64,000 nt of DNA, taken from positions 165,184 through 229,183 of the forward strand of contig CAZETU010000001.1 of NCBI GenBank assembly GCA_964514585.1. Direction: 5' to 3'. The position numbers were made by a program, and so were the translations under genes. Under the pieces are notes generated by a model that did no database searches, was not told the DNA's origin, and worked only from the letters and a program-made list of their open reading frames with translations. Of the stretch, positions 27,810-36,910 are shown one piece after another. Positions within the stretch are counted from its first letter, which is position 1. Every line of letters starts with the position of its first letter. This DNA is from Candidatus Woesearchaeota archaeon. Lineage in GTDB: Archaea > Nanobdellota > Nanobdellia > Pacearchaeales > GW2011-AR1.

Positions 27810-28070
27810 CTATTTGCGACCATTTAAATTTTCTCCAGACAAAATAAGTGAGTCGTACAATTCGCTCATCACATCACCCCAAGAGTCTCTAGTAATAGCA
27901 ATATACCTATCTTTAGAATAAGGAACCCATCTATCATTTATTACAACGCCACCCCTAAAAGAATATTTTATTCTACCAAAAAAAACAACCTCTGGTCTCG
28001 TTACAGTATTCTCAATCATGACGTCAGCCCATCTTCCCTTAAGACCATTATAGTTTCCAAATCTCATCAA
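27810..28070 (-). CDS. Hypothetical small protein
   Basis: 86-aa ORF. Confidence 0.35.
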   Translation of the reverse strand: MMRFGNYNGLKGRWADVMIENTVTRPEVVFFGRIKYSFRGGVVINDRWVPYSKDRYIAITRDSWGDVMSELYDSLILSGENLNGRK

Positions 28071-28108
28071 TCCCTATCCCAACATTAACATTTTATATAT
28101 TCTTCCAA

Positions 28109-28351
28109 TCACCCTTCCAAAATTTTTTTACAATCAGTTTTTATAGATTCAATATTTTTTGAAGTAAACCCAGTCTCGTCTCTCCAACCCTTTGAAAAAG
28201 TTTCATACCTTGCCACAATTTGTAAATATAACCGAGCATATATTCTTTTTTCTTCCGGCCCATACTGAGGAAAATCACGATTTAATGCCCACCCCATATT
28301 TTTGCAAGAACGTTCAAACTCTACAGACTTACTAAAATAATCATCCATCAT
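28109..28351 (-). CDS. Hypothetical small protein
   Basis: 80-aa ORF. Confidence 0.35.
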   Translation of the reverse strand: MMDDYFSKSVEFERSCKNMGWALNRDFPQYGPEEKRIYARLYLQIVARYETFSKGWRDETGFTSKNIESIKTDCKKILEG

Positions 28352-28383
28352 TTCACCTAGTCAGCCTCAATCTTTAAAAAAAT

Positions 28384-29820
28384 TTAGATAACCTCAAACA
28401 ACCAAAAAGCCATCAATATCAAGAACGATAACAATATCAAATATCCCGCAATCTTATACGCCCACTTTGCAGTTTTCTCATGTCTCGTAATACTTAAAAC
28501 AGTCAAATAGAAAAATCGTCCACCGTCCAACATCCCAAGCGGCATCATATTAAACAAAGCCACAAGCAAATTAATTATCATAACCCACCAAAGCAAATGA
28601 TAAATAAAAATAACAAAATTCTCATTCCGAATCGGCTTGTAGTAAATTGAACCGTCCTTAAACGACATAAATTTAGCAAAAACCGTCTGAATAACTCCAC
28701 GAGGACTAACCTCATTGTGCCCAACTCCAAGATAAGCACGACCAGCCTCATTAGGATGTTCACTTAAAGTCAAACTATATTCCTGAGTTTCCATCGTAGT
28801 TTTATCCTCAGTAACAAAATTAACAACATCCCCAGGATTCTTCGTTATCAAAAACAACATTAAATCATTCTGATTTTTTATCTTCACATCATTAGCCTGA
28901 ATAATCGCCCCCCTTATCTGAGACCTAACTGCATCAGTGTCCTCAACTACAACCATAGTCAAATTAGAAAATGCAGGATTTAAAACAGCCCCCTTAAACT
29001 CAGAGCCCATTAAATAACTCCTGCCATCAACCATTAATTCAGTCAAATTAGTGTCCGCAATCTGCCCTCCTAAAAGCATAGAAAGCGTCCCAACATCAGC
29101 GCCAACACTGTCAATTGAACTCACATTTACTTCAGCAAGCCCATAGCTATTAAAAGCATAGCCCGAAGCCGTAAACGAAGTAGAGAAAAACAAAACATAC
29201 AACCCATAAAAAATCAAAGCAAAAACAATATTCGCAAAAACCCCAGCAGCCAAAACAGTCATCTGCTCCAACTTCTTCTTCTTATGGAAACCCTTCTTTT
29301 CTTCCTCAACAAACGCCCCTAAAATCGGTCCAAGAAAAACCAACCCAGTCGACTTAATCTTAACCCCAAACAGCTTCATGAAAATCCCATGACTAAATTC
29401 ATGAACAATCGCAACAACTCCCAAAGCCACAATAAAATAAGTAAAATAAAATGGAGGGAAAAACGATTCCATTCCAAACAGCTTAGGAAAATACGGAATC
29501 AACGGAGCAATCGGAGGCGCCGCAACCATTTCTACAATCTCCTTCGAATGTAAAACATATATAAGAACAGTCTTTCCCAGCATCCAAATCATACCACCCA
29601 TCAAAACAAACCCAACTCCAACAATCAAATATTTCAAAGCATGAAGAGTTTTCTTACAATGAGTACCAACCCAATTTATGGCATCCACACCAACCTGCGT
29701 CCGATACATAAAAATAATCCCCTCACGACTCAATTGCTTCTTTCGCGAACTAAGAAACCAAATTACAAATGCAGTAAACAAAATCAAAAAACCAATATCA
29801 TACACCAAAAAGCTCACCAT
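28384..29820 (-). CDS. Site-2 protease family (M50) zinc metalloprotease with PDZ-like region
   Basis: HEFSHGIFMKLFG (HExxH) inside a TM segment, multiple TMs, and a central soluble domain. Confidence 0.7.
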   Translation of the reverse strand: MVSFLVYDIGFLILFTAFVIWFLSSRKKQLSREGIIFMYRTQVGVDAINWVGTHCKKTLHALKYLIVGVGFVLMGGMIWMLGKTVLIYVLHSKEIVEMVAAPPIAPLIPYFPKLFGMESFFPPFYFTYFIVALGVVAIVHEFSHGIFMKLFGVKIKSTGLVFLGPILGAFVEEEKKGFHKKKKLEQMTVLAAGVFANIVFALIFYGLYVLFFSTSFTASGYAFNSYGLAEVNVSSIDSVGADVGTLSMLLGGQIADTNLTELMVDGRSYLMGSEFKGAVLNPAFSNLTMVVVEDTDAVRSQIRGAIIQANDVKIKNQNDLMLFLITKNPGDVVNFVTEDKTTMETQEYSLTLSEHPNEAGRAYLGVGHNEVSPRGVIQTVFAKFMSFKDGSIYYKPIRNENFVIFIYHLLWWVMIINLLVALFNMMPLGMLDGGRFFYLTVLSITRHEKTAKWAYKIAGYLILLSFLILMAFWLFEVI

Positions 29821-29850
29821 CTTATTAAATATAAAAAAGAGTTTAAAAAA

Positions 29851-30015
29851 CTACTTCTTTCGCACAGGTCGAAAATCAGTTCCACCACACTTTCGACATC
29901 TAGCTTTCCCGCCCAAAATTTTCAAAGGTTCAAGCTTCATCTTATGCTTACACACCTTACAAACAAAAGCATTCTTATACAATCGATTTTGCGCCGCTGG
30001 AATTTTTGTTGCCAT
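29851..30015 (-). CDS. rpl40e: Ribosomal protein eL40 (absent from the ORF track because it is under 60 aa)
   Basis: My translation is MATKIPAAQNRLYKNAFVCKVCKHKMKLEPLKILGGKARCRKCGGTDFRPVRKK. It has the C-x2-C ... CRKCG...RP signature. Confidence 0.6.
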   Translation of the reverse strand: MATKIPAAQNRLYKNAFVCKVCKHKMKLEPLKILGGKARCRKCGGTDFRPVRKK

Positions 30016-30076
30016 GTTAATTCATCAGAATTTTAGTTTTTAAAGTTGTCGATAGGTTGTTAAAATATTTAAGAAA

Positions 30077-30475
30077 TTAAACAACTTTTTTAATTAATTT
30101 ATCGCCTTCAACATCCCAATATTCAACCACAACACCGTCAGTAACAGTGCCCTGCAAATCTTCAGGAATTGTCAAATCCAAATTCTCAAAACTCTCACTA
30201 TCCATAATGCTAGCAGTATCTCCACTCACCGATAGAACCTGAGCCTGCCTCTTGTCAATCATAGGAACCTCAAACTTATCATGTCCAGGAATAACCATAA
30301 CTTTCTTCTTCCCAGTCATAATCGAAACAGCCTCAAACCGAACCTTAGCGTGACCATGCTTTCCAGTTTTAGAAATATCCATTTTCTTAACCTGATGTGC
30401 TACGTTGTCAATCAATAAATAAGTTCCAACACGCATCTCCGTCGCTTCAATAACTCTTGCTACCATATTTAACAA
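30077..30475 (-). CDS. eif5a: Translation initiation factor 5A (aIF5A)
   Basis: Hypusine loop SKTGKHGHAKV. Confidence 0.85.
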   Translation of the reverse strand: MLNMVARVIEATEMRVGTYLLIDNVAHQVKKMDISKTGKHGHAKVRFEAVSIMTGKKKVMVIPGHDKFEVPMIDKRQAQVLSVSGDTASIMDSESFENLDLTIPEDLQGTVTDGVVVEYWDVEGDKLIKKVV

Positions 30476-30543
30476 AACAAAAAGTTCATTTATAAAAGTT
30501 TGCTAAACCCAACTCTTAAAAACCCATCATTCTCAATTTAATC

Positions 30544-31206
30544 ATGACAATCAAAAAAAACGACTTCGTTGAGGTTGAATTCACAGGAAAAATTACAAAC
30601 ACAGACGAGATTTTCGATACAAATATAAAAGCACAAGCCGAAAAAGCAAATCTCAACGCCAAAGACATCAAGCCATTCGTTCTAGCAGTCGGACACAAGA
30701 TGTTACCAAAAGGTTTCGACGATGACATCGAAGGAAAAGAATTAGAAAAAGAATACACACTCGACCTAAAACCAGAAGACGCTTTCGGAAAACGAAACCC
30801 TCAAATGGTTAGAATGATCCCAACAAAGCTTTTCCATGAACAAAAAATCGACCCACAAAGAGGAATGCAACTTTCCCTTGATGGTCAACTCGTAAAAATC
30901 TTATCATCCGACCGAGGCCGAACACTAGTCGACTTCAACAACCCACTCGCAGGAAAACCAGTCACCTATACATACAAGCTAAACAAGCAAATCACAGATG
31001 ACAAAGAAAAAATCAATGCAATGCAAGAATTCCTATTCCGAAAACAATTTGAATTCGACCTCAAAGACAAAACAGTAACCTTCAAAATCACAAAAGAATT
31101 CGAGCCATTCATCAAAATGTTCGCCCCAAAATTCGAAGAAATCTTGGGTTTTAAAGTCGAAAGTAAAATAGTTGAAGAAAAGAAACCCGAAGATAAAAAA
31201 GAATAA
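30544..31206 (+). CDS. FKBP-type peptidyl-prolyl cis-trans isomerase (long archaeal type with insert-in-flap and C-terminal domain)
   Basis: Contains DFVEVEFTGKITNTDEIFDT...LAGKPVTYTYKL. Confidence 0.8.
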   Translation: MTIKKNDFVEVEFTGKITNTDEIFDTNIKAQAEKANLNAKDIKPFVLAVGHKMLPKGFDDDIEGKELEKEYTLDLKPEDAFGKRNPQMVRMIPTKLFHEQKIDPQRGMQLSLDGQLVKILSSDRGRTLVDFNNPLAGKPVTYTYKLNKQITDDKEKINAMQEFLFRKQFEFDLKDKTVTFKITKEFEPFIKMFAPKFEEILGFKVESKIVEEKKPEDKKE

Positions 31207-31701
31207 CTATTTGCGACTATGCTTCAATTCTAAATTATTAACCAATCTCTCAATCTCACCAATTTCTGGAGCAAAATCAGGTTCACTCTCTCCAAAATAA
31301 GTAAAGCTAGGAAAAGAATCTTCATCAGCAATCAATCCATGATAAAGTACTTCAAGAATTTCTTTTTGTTCAACCCAATATTTCAAACATTCAATATGAC
31401 CGTCACCACCTCTTAATCTCACGACATTAATGAAATTAACCCCATTACAAACAAGCTCCCAATATGCCCTAAAATTAGCAGATTTAGAATGATCTTTATC
31501 GACAAAGGGCACCCCCGCCTCCACCTTATCACCTCCAAATCTTTTCTCTTTCTGTCTTTGGTTTTTCTCACGTCTCTTTTTCCAATATTCCCTTCTACTT
31601 GATATTACCATAAGAGCTCCAATCCCAATCCCTTTAATAATTTTTATATACACAATTATCCACTCAACCCCACAAATTATTATAAACTCAAATTTCCCCA
31701 A
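31207..31701 (-). CDS. Hypothetical protein; true start probably internal (MVISSRR, ~31611)
   Basis: The ORF as drawn would abut the ftsZ start with only a 6-nt gap. The N-terminal 30 aa are hydrophobic and unlikely to be coding. Confidence 0.35.
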   Translation of the reverse strand: MGKFEFIIICGVEWIIVYIKIIKGIGIGALMVISSRREYWKKRREKNQRQKEKRFGGDKVEAGVPFVDKDHSKSANFRAYWELVCNGVNFINVVRLRGGDGHIECLKYWVEQKEILEVLYHGLIADEDSFPSFTYFGESEPDFAPEIGEIERLVNNLELKHSRK

Positions 31702-31707
31702 TCACTC

Positions 31708-32823
31708 ATGGATGATATACTAGAAAGAGATGATATTTCAGAACTACAGCCGTTTCCTCAAGCCAACGCAAATTCTGAAATAGATAGAGAGTTAGAGGAA
31801 ATTCTAAAACGACAATCCGCAAGAATAAAAGTTGTCGGTGTCGGAGGTGGAGGCGGAAATACAACATCAAGAATGAGAGAAATCGGAATAAAGGGCGGCG
31901 AAATTATAGCAATAAACACCGATGCCCAAGATCTACTTTACGCGAACGCAGACCAAAAAATTCTAATCGGACGTGAAATCTCAAAAGGATTAGGCGCAGG
32001 AAGTAATCCTCGAATCGGAGCAGAAGCAGCAAAAGAACAACAGCAAGATATCAAGAAAAAATTAGCACACTCAGATTTAGTTTTCGTAACATGCGGACTC
32101 GGCGGTGGAACAGGTACGGGAGCAGCCCCAGTTGTAGCCGAAATCGCGAAAAAACAAGGAGCCCTGGTAATCGGAGTCGTAACTCTACCTTTCACAGTTG
32201 AAGGAGCAAAGCGAATCGAAAACGCAATGGAAGGCCTCGAAAGAATGGAAGGAATCGTCGACACACTAATTGTAATCCCAAACGACAAGCTACTAGACCT
32301 AGCCCCAGACTTACCCCTCCCAACAGCATTCAAAGTCGCAGACGAAATACTAACAAACGCAGTAAAAGGAATAACAGAACTAGTAACAAGTTCAGGATTA
32401 GTAAACCTAGACTTCGCAGACATCAAAGCAGTAATGGCAAACGGTGGAGTTTCCCTTATCGGAATGGGCGAATCAGACTCATCCGACCGAGCAATGGAGG
32501 CAGTCGACAAAGCCCTGAACAACCCACTTCTAGACGTCGACATCAAAAATGCCCAAGGCGCACTAGTCAACGTCATCGGAGGAAATGATTTAGCACTAGA
32601 CGAATACAAAAAAGTCGTCCAAAAAATCGGCGAACAATTATCTCCAGATGCAAAACTAATCTCAGGAGCCCAAATCTCAAAAGACATGGAAAAATCCCTA
32701 AAGGTCATGGTAATAATCACAGGCGTAAAATCCCCGCAAATTTCAGGAGAAAGACTCCCACCAGAAGTCGCAAGAAGAAAAGACATGGAAGGAGAATTAG
32801 GAATAGAATTCTTCGATGAGTAA
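31708..32823 (+). CDS. ftsZ: Cell division GTPase FtsZ
   Basis: Tubulin signature GGGTGTG (GLGGGTGTGAAPVVAEIAK) and N-terminal VGVGGGGGN. Confidence 0.9.
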   Translation: MDDILERDDISELQPFPQANANSEIDRELEEILKRQSARIKVVGVGGGGGNTTSRMREIGIKGGEIIAINTDAQDLLYANADQKILIGREISKGLGAGSNPRIGAEAAKEQQQDIKKKLAHSDLVFVTCGLGGGTGTGAAPVVAEIAKKQGALVIGVVTLPFTVEGAKRIENAMEGLERMEGIVDTLIVIPNDKLLDLAPDLPLPTAFKVADEILTNAVKGITELVTSSGLVNLDFADIKAVMANGGVSLIGMGESDSSDRAMEAVDKALNNPLLDVDIKNAQGALVNVIGGNDLALDEYKKVVQKIGEQLSPDAKLISGAQISKDMEKSLKVMVIITGVKSPQISGERLPPEVARRKDMEGELGIEFFDE

Positions 32824-32860
32824 TCAACAATCTTAAAAACCCAAAACTTCTATAATCAAC

Positions 32861-33043
32861 ATGGCAAGCAAAATATCAAGAAAAATTTCGTCGCAATATC
32901 ACAAATATCTAAGAGTTTGGCGACTTCTAAAAAAGCCAACAATGATGGAATTCAAAACCGTCTCAAAAGTCTCAGCAATCGGTCTTTTAGTCATCGGAGC
33001 AATAGGATTCGCAATCTCAATCGTTATGAAGATGATGTTTTAA
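32861..33043 (+). CDS. secE: Protein translocase subunit SecE/Sec61-gamma
   Basis: 60 aa with a single C-terminal TM (EFKTVSKVSAIGLLVIGAIGFAISIV). Canonical position before spt5. Confidence 0.6.
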   Translation: MASKISRKISSQYHKYLRVWRLLKKPTMMEFKTVSKVSAIGLLVIGAIGFAISIVMKMMF

Positions 33044-33324
33044 TATATCACGTCTTTCTCTAAAATTAGAATAATCATTCACAAAATAAGACATTAATTC
33101 AACGGCATAATGAGAAACCATAGCAGACCCAAGCGTAATAGCTCCAATCATGGCAGCACCCTCCATAATTTCCCAACCAGTAAGATTTTCCAAGGCCATA
33201 CCTCAATTAAAGAATTAAGCTTTATATTTACTTCCAACCTCAATCACCAAAATCTTTTTAAACCAACATTTTCTAATTTAAATATCTAATTCTTAGATTT
33301 TTAAGAATTAGCTGGAGCAAAATA

Positions 33325-34041
33325 ATGGCAATTGGTTATGATGACGAATTTGACTATCTCGATGAAGAGAAAGATAGCAACGCAACCGAAGACGCTTTCG
33401 CCCCAAAAATCAAGGGATCAAAAAAACAATCCTTAATGCCAGAAGAATCAGCAAACGAAGAATCAGTTGAAGAACCAGAAGAAGAAAAGAAGTCCGAAAA
33501 AGATTTAACCGAAAGAGGGAAAGCCTTAGCTAGAGAAGAAGCTAAAGCAACAGAAGCCGCAAAACCAAAAAGAGAATTTGAAAATGTGATTTTTGTAGTA
33601 AAGGTTACAACAAACAAGGAAGACAAAGCCCTTGAAATGATCGCTGACAAAGTTAAGAAGAAAAAAGTCGGAGTCTACGCACTTGCACGACCACACGGAC
33701 TTCGAGGTTACGTATTCTTAGAATCCCCTGACCGAGAACACGCAGAAGAAGCAGTCTTCAACTTACCCTACGTCAAAGGAATCATCGGCAAGACAGTAAC
33801 CTACGAAGAAATCAGACAAATGCTCGAGCCAGTCGCAGCAGACATAAAAATCGAAAAGAACGACATCATCGAAATCATCTCAGAACCTTTCAAGAACGAA
33901 AAAGCAAAAGTCGTCAGAATAGATAAAGCAAAGAACGAATGTGTAGTCTCTCTACTTGGAGCAGCAGTCCCAATCCCAGTTACAGTAAAACTAGATAATA
34001 TAAGAGTAATCAGAAGGGAGGAACTCGAAGACGAGGAATAG
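33325..34041 (+). CDS. spt5: Transcription elongation factor Spt5/NusG with ~95-aa acidic/K-rich N-terminal extension
   Basis: NGN region VIFVVKVTTNKEDKA and KOW region KAKVVRIDKAKNECVVSLLG. Confidence 0.8.
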   Translation: MAIGYDDEFDYLDEEKDSNATEDAFAPKIKGSKKQSLMPEESANEESVEEPEEEKKSEKDLTERGKALAREEAKATEAAKPKREFENVIFVVKVTTNKEDKALEMIADKVKKKKVGVYALARPHGLRGYVFLESPDREHAEEAVFNLPYVKGIIGKTVTYEEIRQMLEPVAADIKIEKNDIIEIISEPFKNEKAKVVRIDKAKNECVVSLLGAAVPIPVTVKLDNIRVIRREELEDEE

Positions 34042-34083
34042 TTTTAGCTAAAAGCTTAAAAACTAACCTTTCAAAAAAATACA

Positions 34084-34737
34084 ATGGCATTAATCAAACT
34101 TTTAGTTGAAGGCGGAAATATGACCCCAGGACCAGCGGTCGCTCAACAGCTAGGACCAATGGGAATCAACATGGGACAAGTTATTTCCGACGTAAACACA
34201 GCAACATCAGGGTTTAAAGGCGTCACAGTTCCAGTCCACTTAAACGTAGATCCAGCAACAAAGGAAGTCTCAATCAAAGTATTATCCCCACCAACTTCAG
34301 AATTAATCAAAAAAGAATTAGGAATCGAAAAAGCCTCCGGCGCAAGATTAAAACAACGAGTAGGAAATTTCGCAATTGAACAAGTAATCGGTGTATCAAA
34401 AGCAAAACACGCCAGCATGCTTTCAAACGAGTTCGTCTCAACTGTAAAATCAGTCATCGGAACTTGCCAAGCTCTAGGTGTATTAGTTGAAAGCAAAGAA
34501 GCCCCAGAAGTATTACAAGAAATCGAAGAAGGAAAATATAAAGAAGAAATCGAAGCCCAGAAAACTGATATTGATCCAGAAAAACAAAAAGAATTAGATT
34601 CATACTTTGCAGGAATTGCAGAGGAACAAGAAGCAGTAAAGAAGGCCGAGGAAGCTGAAAAGGCAGCCGAAGAAGAAAAGAAAGCCGAAGAAGCAACAGC
34701 AACCCCAGAAGCCGAAACAGAAGAAAAGAAAGAATAA
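34084..34737 (+). CDS. rpl11: Ribosomal protein uL11 with ~70-aa E/K/A-rich C-terminal extension
   Basis: Contains MTPGPAVAQQLGPMGINMGQVISDVN plus the tail EEAEKAAEEEKKAEEATATPEAETEEKKE. Confidence 0.85.
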   Translation: MALIKLLVEGGNMTPGPAVAQQLGPMGINMGQVISDVNTATSGFKGVTVPVHLNVDPATKEVSIKVLSPPTSELIKKELGIEKASGARLKQRVGNFAIEQVIGVSKAKHASMLSNEFVSTVKSVIGTCQALGVLVESKEAPEVLQEIEEGKYKEEIEAQKTDIDPEKQKELDSYFAGIAEEQEAVKKAEEAEKAAEEEKKAEEATATPEAETEEKKE

Positions 34738-34769
34738 CTTTATTAATTAAACAATCACCTCATAATCGT

Positions 34770-34842
34770 GGGGCCATGGTCTAGCCTGGTATGATTCGAG
34801 GTTTGGGACTTCGCGACCGCAGTTCAAATCTGCGTGGCCCCA
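34770..34842 (+). tRNA. tRNA-Pro (anticodon UGG)
   Basis: Acceptor GGGGCCA/TGGCCCC, D-loop TAGCCTGG, anticodon stem CGAGG/CTTCG with loop TTTGGGA, T-arm CGCAG-TTCAAAT-CTGCG, discriminator A. Closely resembles archaeal tRNA-Pro(UGG). Confidence 0.7.
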
Positions 34843-34888
34843 TTCAAATTCAGAGAAAAGCCCCATTCACTAAAATAACAAAACAAAA

Positions 34889-35104
34889 ATGGCAGTAAAG
34901 AAGAAGAAAATCGGAAGCGCAGGAAGATTCGGCGCAGGATATGGTAAGGTAAAAACCAAACTTATAGCTGTAGAAGCAAAACAGCGAACAAAACAAGATT
35001 GCCCATTCTGTAAAGGCAGAGCGAAAAGACAAGCTAGGTCAATTTGGCTATGCTCAAAATGCGGAAAGAAATTTGCAGGAGGAACCTTCCACCTAAAGGA
35101 CTAA
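34889..35104 (+). CDS. rpl37ae: Ribosomal protein eL43 (L37Ae), zinc ribbon
   Basis: Contains RFGAGYGKVKTKLIAVEAKQRTKQDCPFCKGRAKRQARSIWLCSKCGKKFAGGTF. Confidence 0.8.
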   Translation: MAVKKKKIGSAGRFGAGYGKVKTKLIAVEAKQRTKQDCPFCKGRAKRQARSIWLCSKCGKKFAGGTFHLKD

Positions 35105-35128
35105 AAACCCTTCTGGATATAAAATAAT

Positions 35129-35266
35129 ATGGCAGGATACAAATGTTTTCATTGTGGAAAAAAACTCAAGTCGGACGACTTAAACAAACGTTTTGTCTGT
35201 CCAGATTGCGGCTCAAGAATTTTCTACAAACCACGAACTAAAATGAAAACAGTAAAATCAGATTAA
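35129..35266 (+). CDS. rpoP: RNA polymerase subunit P (RpoP/Rpc10), absent from the ORF track because it is under 60 aa
   Basis: My translation is MAGYKCFHCGKKLKSDDLNKRFVCPDCGSRIFYKPRTKMKTVKSD. Matches the C-x2-C...RCPxCGS+I.YKPR signature, and its stop overlaps the next ATG (TAATG). Confidence 0.75.
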   Translation: MAGYKCFHCGKKLKSDDLNKRFVCPDCGSRIFYKPRTKMKTVKSD

Positions 35267-35637
35267 TGGCAGAAGAACCAACGCAACCAGCAAATCCATT
35301 AGCAAACCTAGATGAGGCAACTCAAGCCAAAATCCAGGAATTGCAAATGATGGAACAAGGCTTTCAGCAACTTTTAATGCAAAAGAATGCATTTTCTATG
35401 GAATCAAACGAAACAGATTTCATAATCAAAGAAGTTGAAAAAACATCTGGCGAAGTTTCAAGGATCATCGGAAACCAAGTTGTTATCAAAACAACAAAGG
35501 AAGAAATTCTAGAAGACATGAAAAACAAGAAAAAGCTAATCGATACAAGAATGAAGCAAATCGACGAGCAAGAAAAAGAATTTTCCGAAAAGATCGAAAA
35601 AGTTCGTGAAGAAGTAATGAAAGCAATCCAGGGATAA
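35266..35637 (+). CDS. pfdB: Prefoldin beta subunit
   Basis: 123-aa coiled-coil/beta-hairpin/coiled-coil pattern. Sits in the conserved archaeal neighbourhood L37ae-rpoP-pfdB. Confidence 0.75.
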   Translation: MAEEPTQPANPLANLDEATQAKIQELQMMEQGFQQLLMQKNAFSMESNETDFIIKEVEKTSGEVSRIIGNQVVIKTTKEEILEDMKNKKKLIDTRMKQIDEQEKEFSEKIEKVREEVMKAIQG

Positions 35638-35763
35638 TCCCACTTTTTATTATTACTTAATTTTCTTTATTTTTAACACGACGAGAGTCTATTCTTCCTC
35701 GATAAATCAACACAATTACTTCACTACATAAATATTTAAATACTGACAATCTAAAAGATACAT

Positions 35764-36159
35764 ATGGCATTCAACCTATTCAAAAAAATTCGAGGCGGCG
35801 AAGAGGAATTCTCCCCAGAGTTCATAGAAATTGACTTAGAGAAAGAAAAATCCAATTCAAAGGTCTTAGTAAAAACATTCGTTCTAAAAGTCTATGAAGA
35901 CATCAACCCAATCTTAAACGCTCTTCGAGAAGGCTACACAATCGCAGTTATAGACATCAAAACATTAAAATCAAAAGACGTTGTCGAGTTAAAAAGAGCA
36001 ATTTCAAAAATTAAGAAAACAGTAGAAGCACTTGAAGGAAAAATCGCAGGATTCGGAGAAAACGTTGTAATCGCAACACCTTCAAAAGTTTTCGACATTC
36101 AAAAAGGCGAAGCAGAATTCGTAGAAACCCCAAGATCTGACGAACTCGAAAGATACTAA
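35764..36159 (+). CDS. sepF: SepF-like (DUF552) cell-division protein
   Basis: Contains KVLVKTFVLKVYEDINPILNALREGYTIAVIDIKTL...VVIATPSKVFDI, which matches the SepF C-domain pattern. Confidence 0.55.
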   Translation: MAFNLFKKIRGGEEEFSPEFIEIDLEKEKSNSKVLVKTFVLKVYEDINPILNALREGYTIAVIDIKTLKSKDVVELKRAISKIKKTVEALEGKIAGFGENVVIATPSKVFDIQKGEAEFVETPRSDELERY

Positions 36160-36200
36160 TTCTCCCTCAATTTTAAAAAGCATTCTTATCTAATATACCT

Positions 36201-36854
36201 ATGAAAACCCTATTCATAGAAACAAAACGAAAATTCAAAGATTCAGATATAAATCTATCCTTATTAGATAATCTAAAAGGCAAAACAATCTCGCTAGCAG
36301 CCACTATCCAATATATAGACCTCATCCCAAAAGTAAAATCCTACTTAGAATCCAAGAACAAAAAAGTCATAATCAAAAAAGGAGCACATTACAAAGCCCA
36401 CATCCTAGGCTGCAATTCATCAGCACTAGATAAATCAGCCGACACCCTTCTCGTAATCACCGACGGAAAATTCCACGCAATAAATAACGCAATCCAACTC
36501 CAAAAACCAATCCTAGTTTTCTCTGGCAAAACCCTAGAAAGAATCACCCAAAAAGAAATCGACGACCACAACAAAAAAACACTAACAAAAAAGAAAAAAT
36601 TCCTAACAGCCGATAAAGTAGGATTATTAGTCTCATCAAAACACGGCCAACACGCTAAAAACATTAAAGCAATAAAAAAACAAATAGAAAAATTCGGCAA
36701 AAAAGCCTACATCTTTGAATCAAACAATATAGACACGTCAGAATTCGAGAACTTCCCCCAAATCAAAATGTGGATAAACACAGCATGCTTCGGTCTAGCA
36801 AGAGACGACATGCGAATCATAAACCTTTCAGATATATTAGAATTTATAAATTAA
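36201..36854 (+). CDS. dph2: Dph2-family diphthamide synthesis radical-SAM enzyme, N-terminally truncated (domains 2+3 only)
   Basis: HILGCNSSALD...LLVITDGKFHAINNAIQLQKPILVF and VGLLVSSKHGQ...INTACFGLARDD align with Dph2 domains 2 and 3 including two of the three cluster Cys. No in-frame upstream extension exists (TAA 3 codons upstream). TATA at -26. Confidence 0.5.
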   Translation: MKTLFIETKRKFKDSDINLSLLDNLKGKTISLAATIQYIDLIPKVKSYLESKNKKVIIKKGAHYKAHILGCNSSALDKSADTLLVITDGKFHAINNAIQLQKPILVFSGKTLERITQKEIDDHNKKTLTKKKKFLTADKVGLLVSSKHGQHAKNIKAIKKQIEKFGKKAYIFESNNIDTSEFENFPQIKMWINTACFGLARDDMRIINLSDILEFIN

Positions 36855-36910
36855 GAAACGCCACAGCCATTTTGACTGGAAGTTTGTGTCTTTGGTGGGT
36901 GGATATTGAC

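Noticed and set aside
27810-28351. Two adjacent small ORFs (86 and 80 aa) considered as a toxin-antitoxin pair
   Set aside because: No recognisable TA-family motifs, and they are separated by a 38-bp gap. Kept as hypothetical CDS only.
33017-33199. 60-aa minus-strand ORF overlapping the 3' end of secE
   Set aside because: It overlaps a better-supported gene on the other strand and has no motifs.
35764-36159. Considered whether the 131-aa ORF upstream of dph2 is the missing Dph2 domain 1
   Set aside because: It has no Cys and matches the SepF/DUF552 pattern instead.
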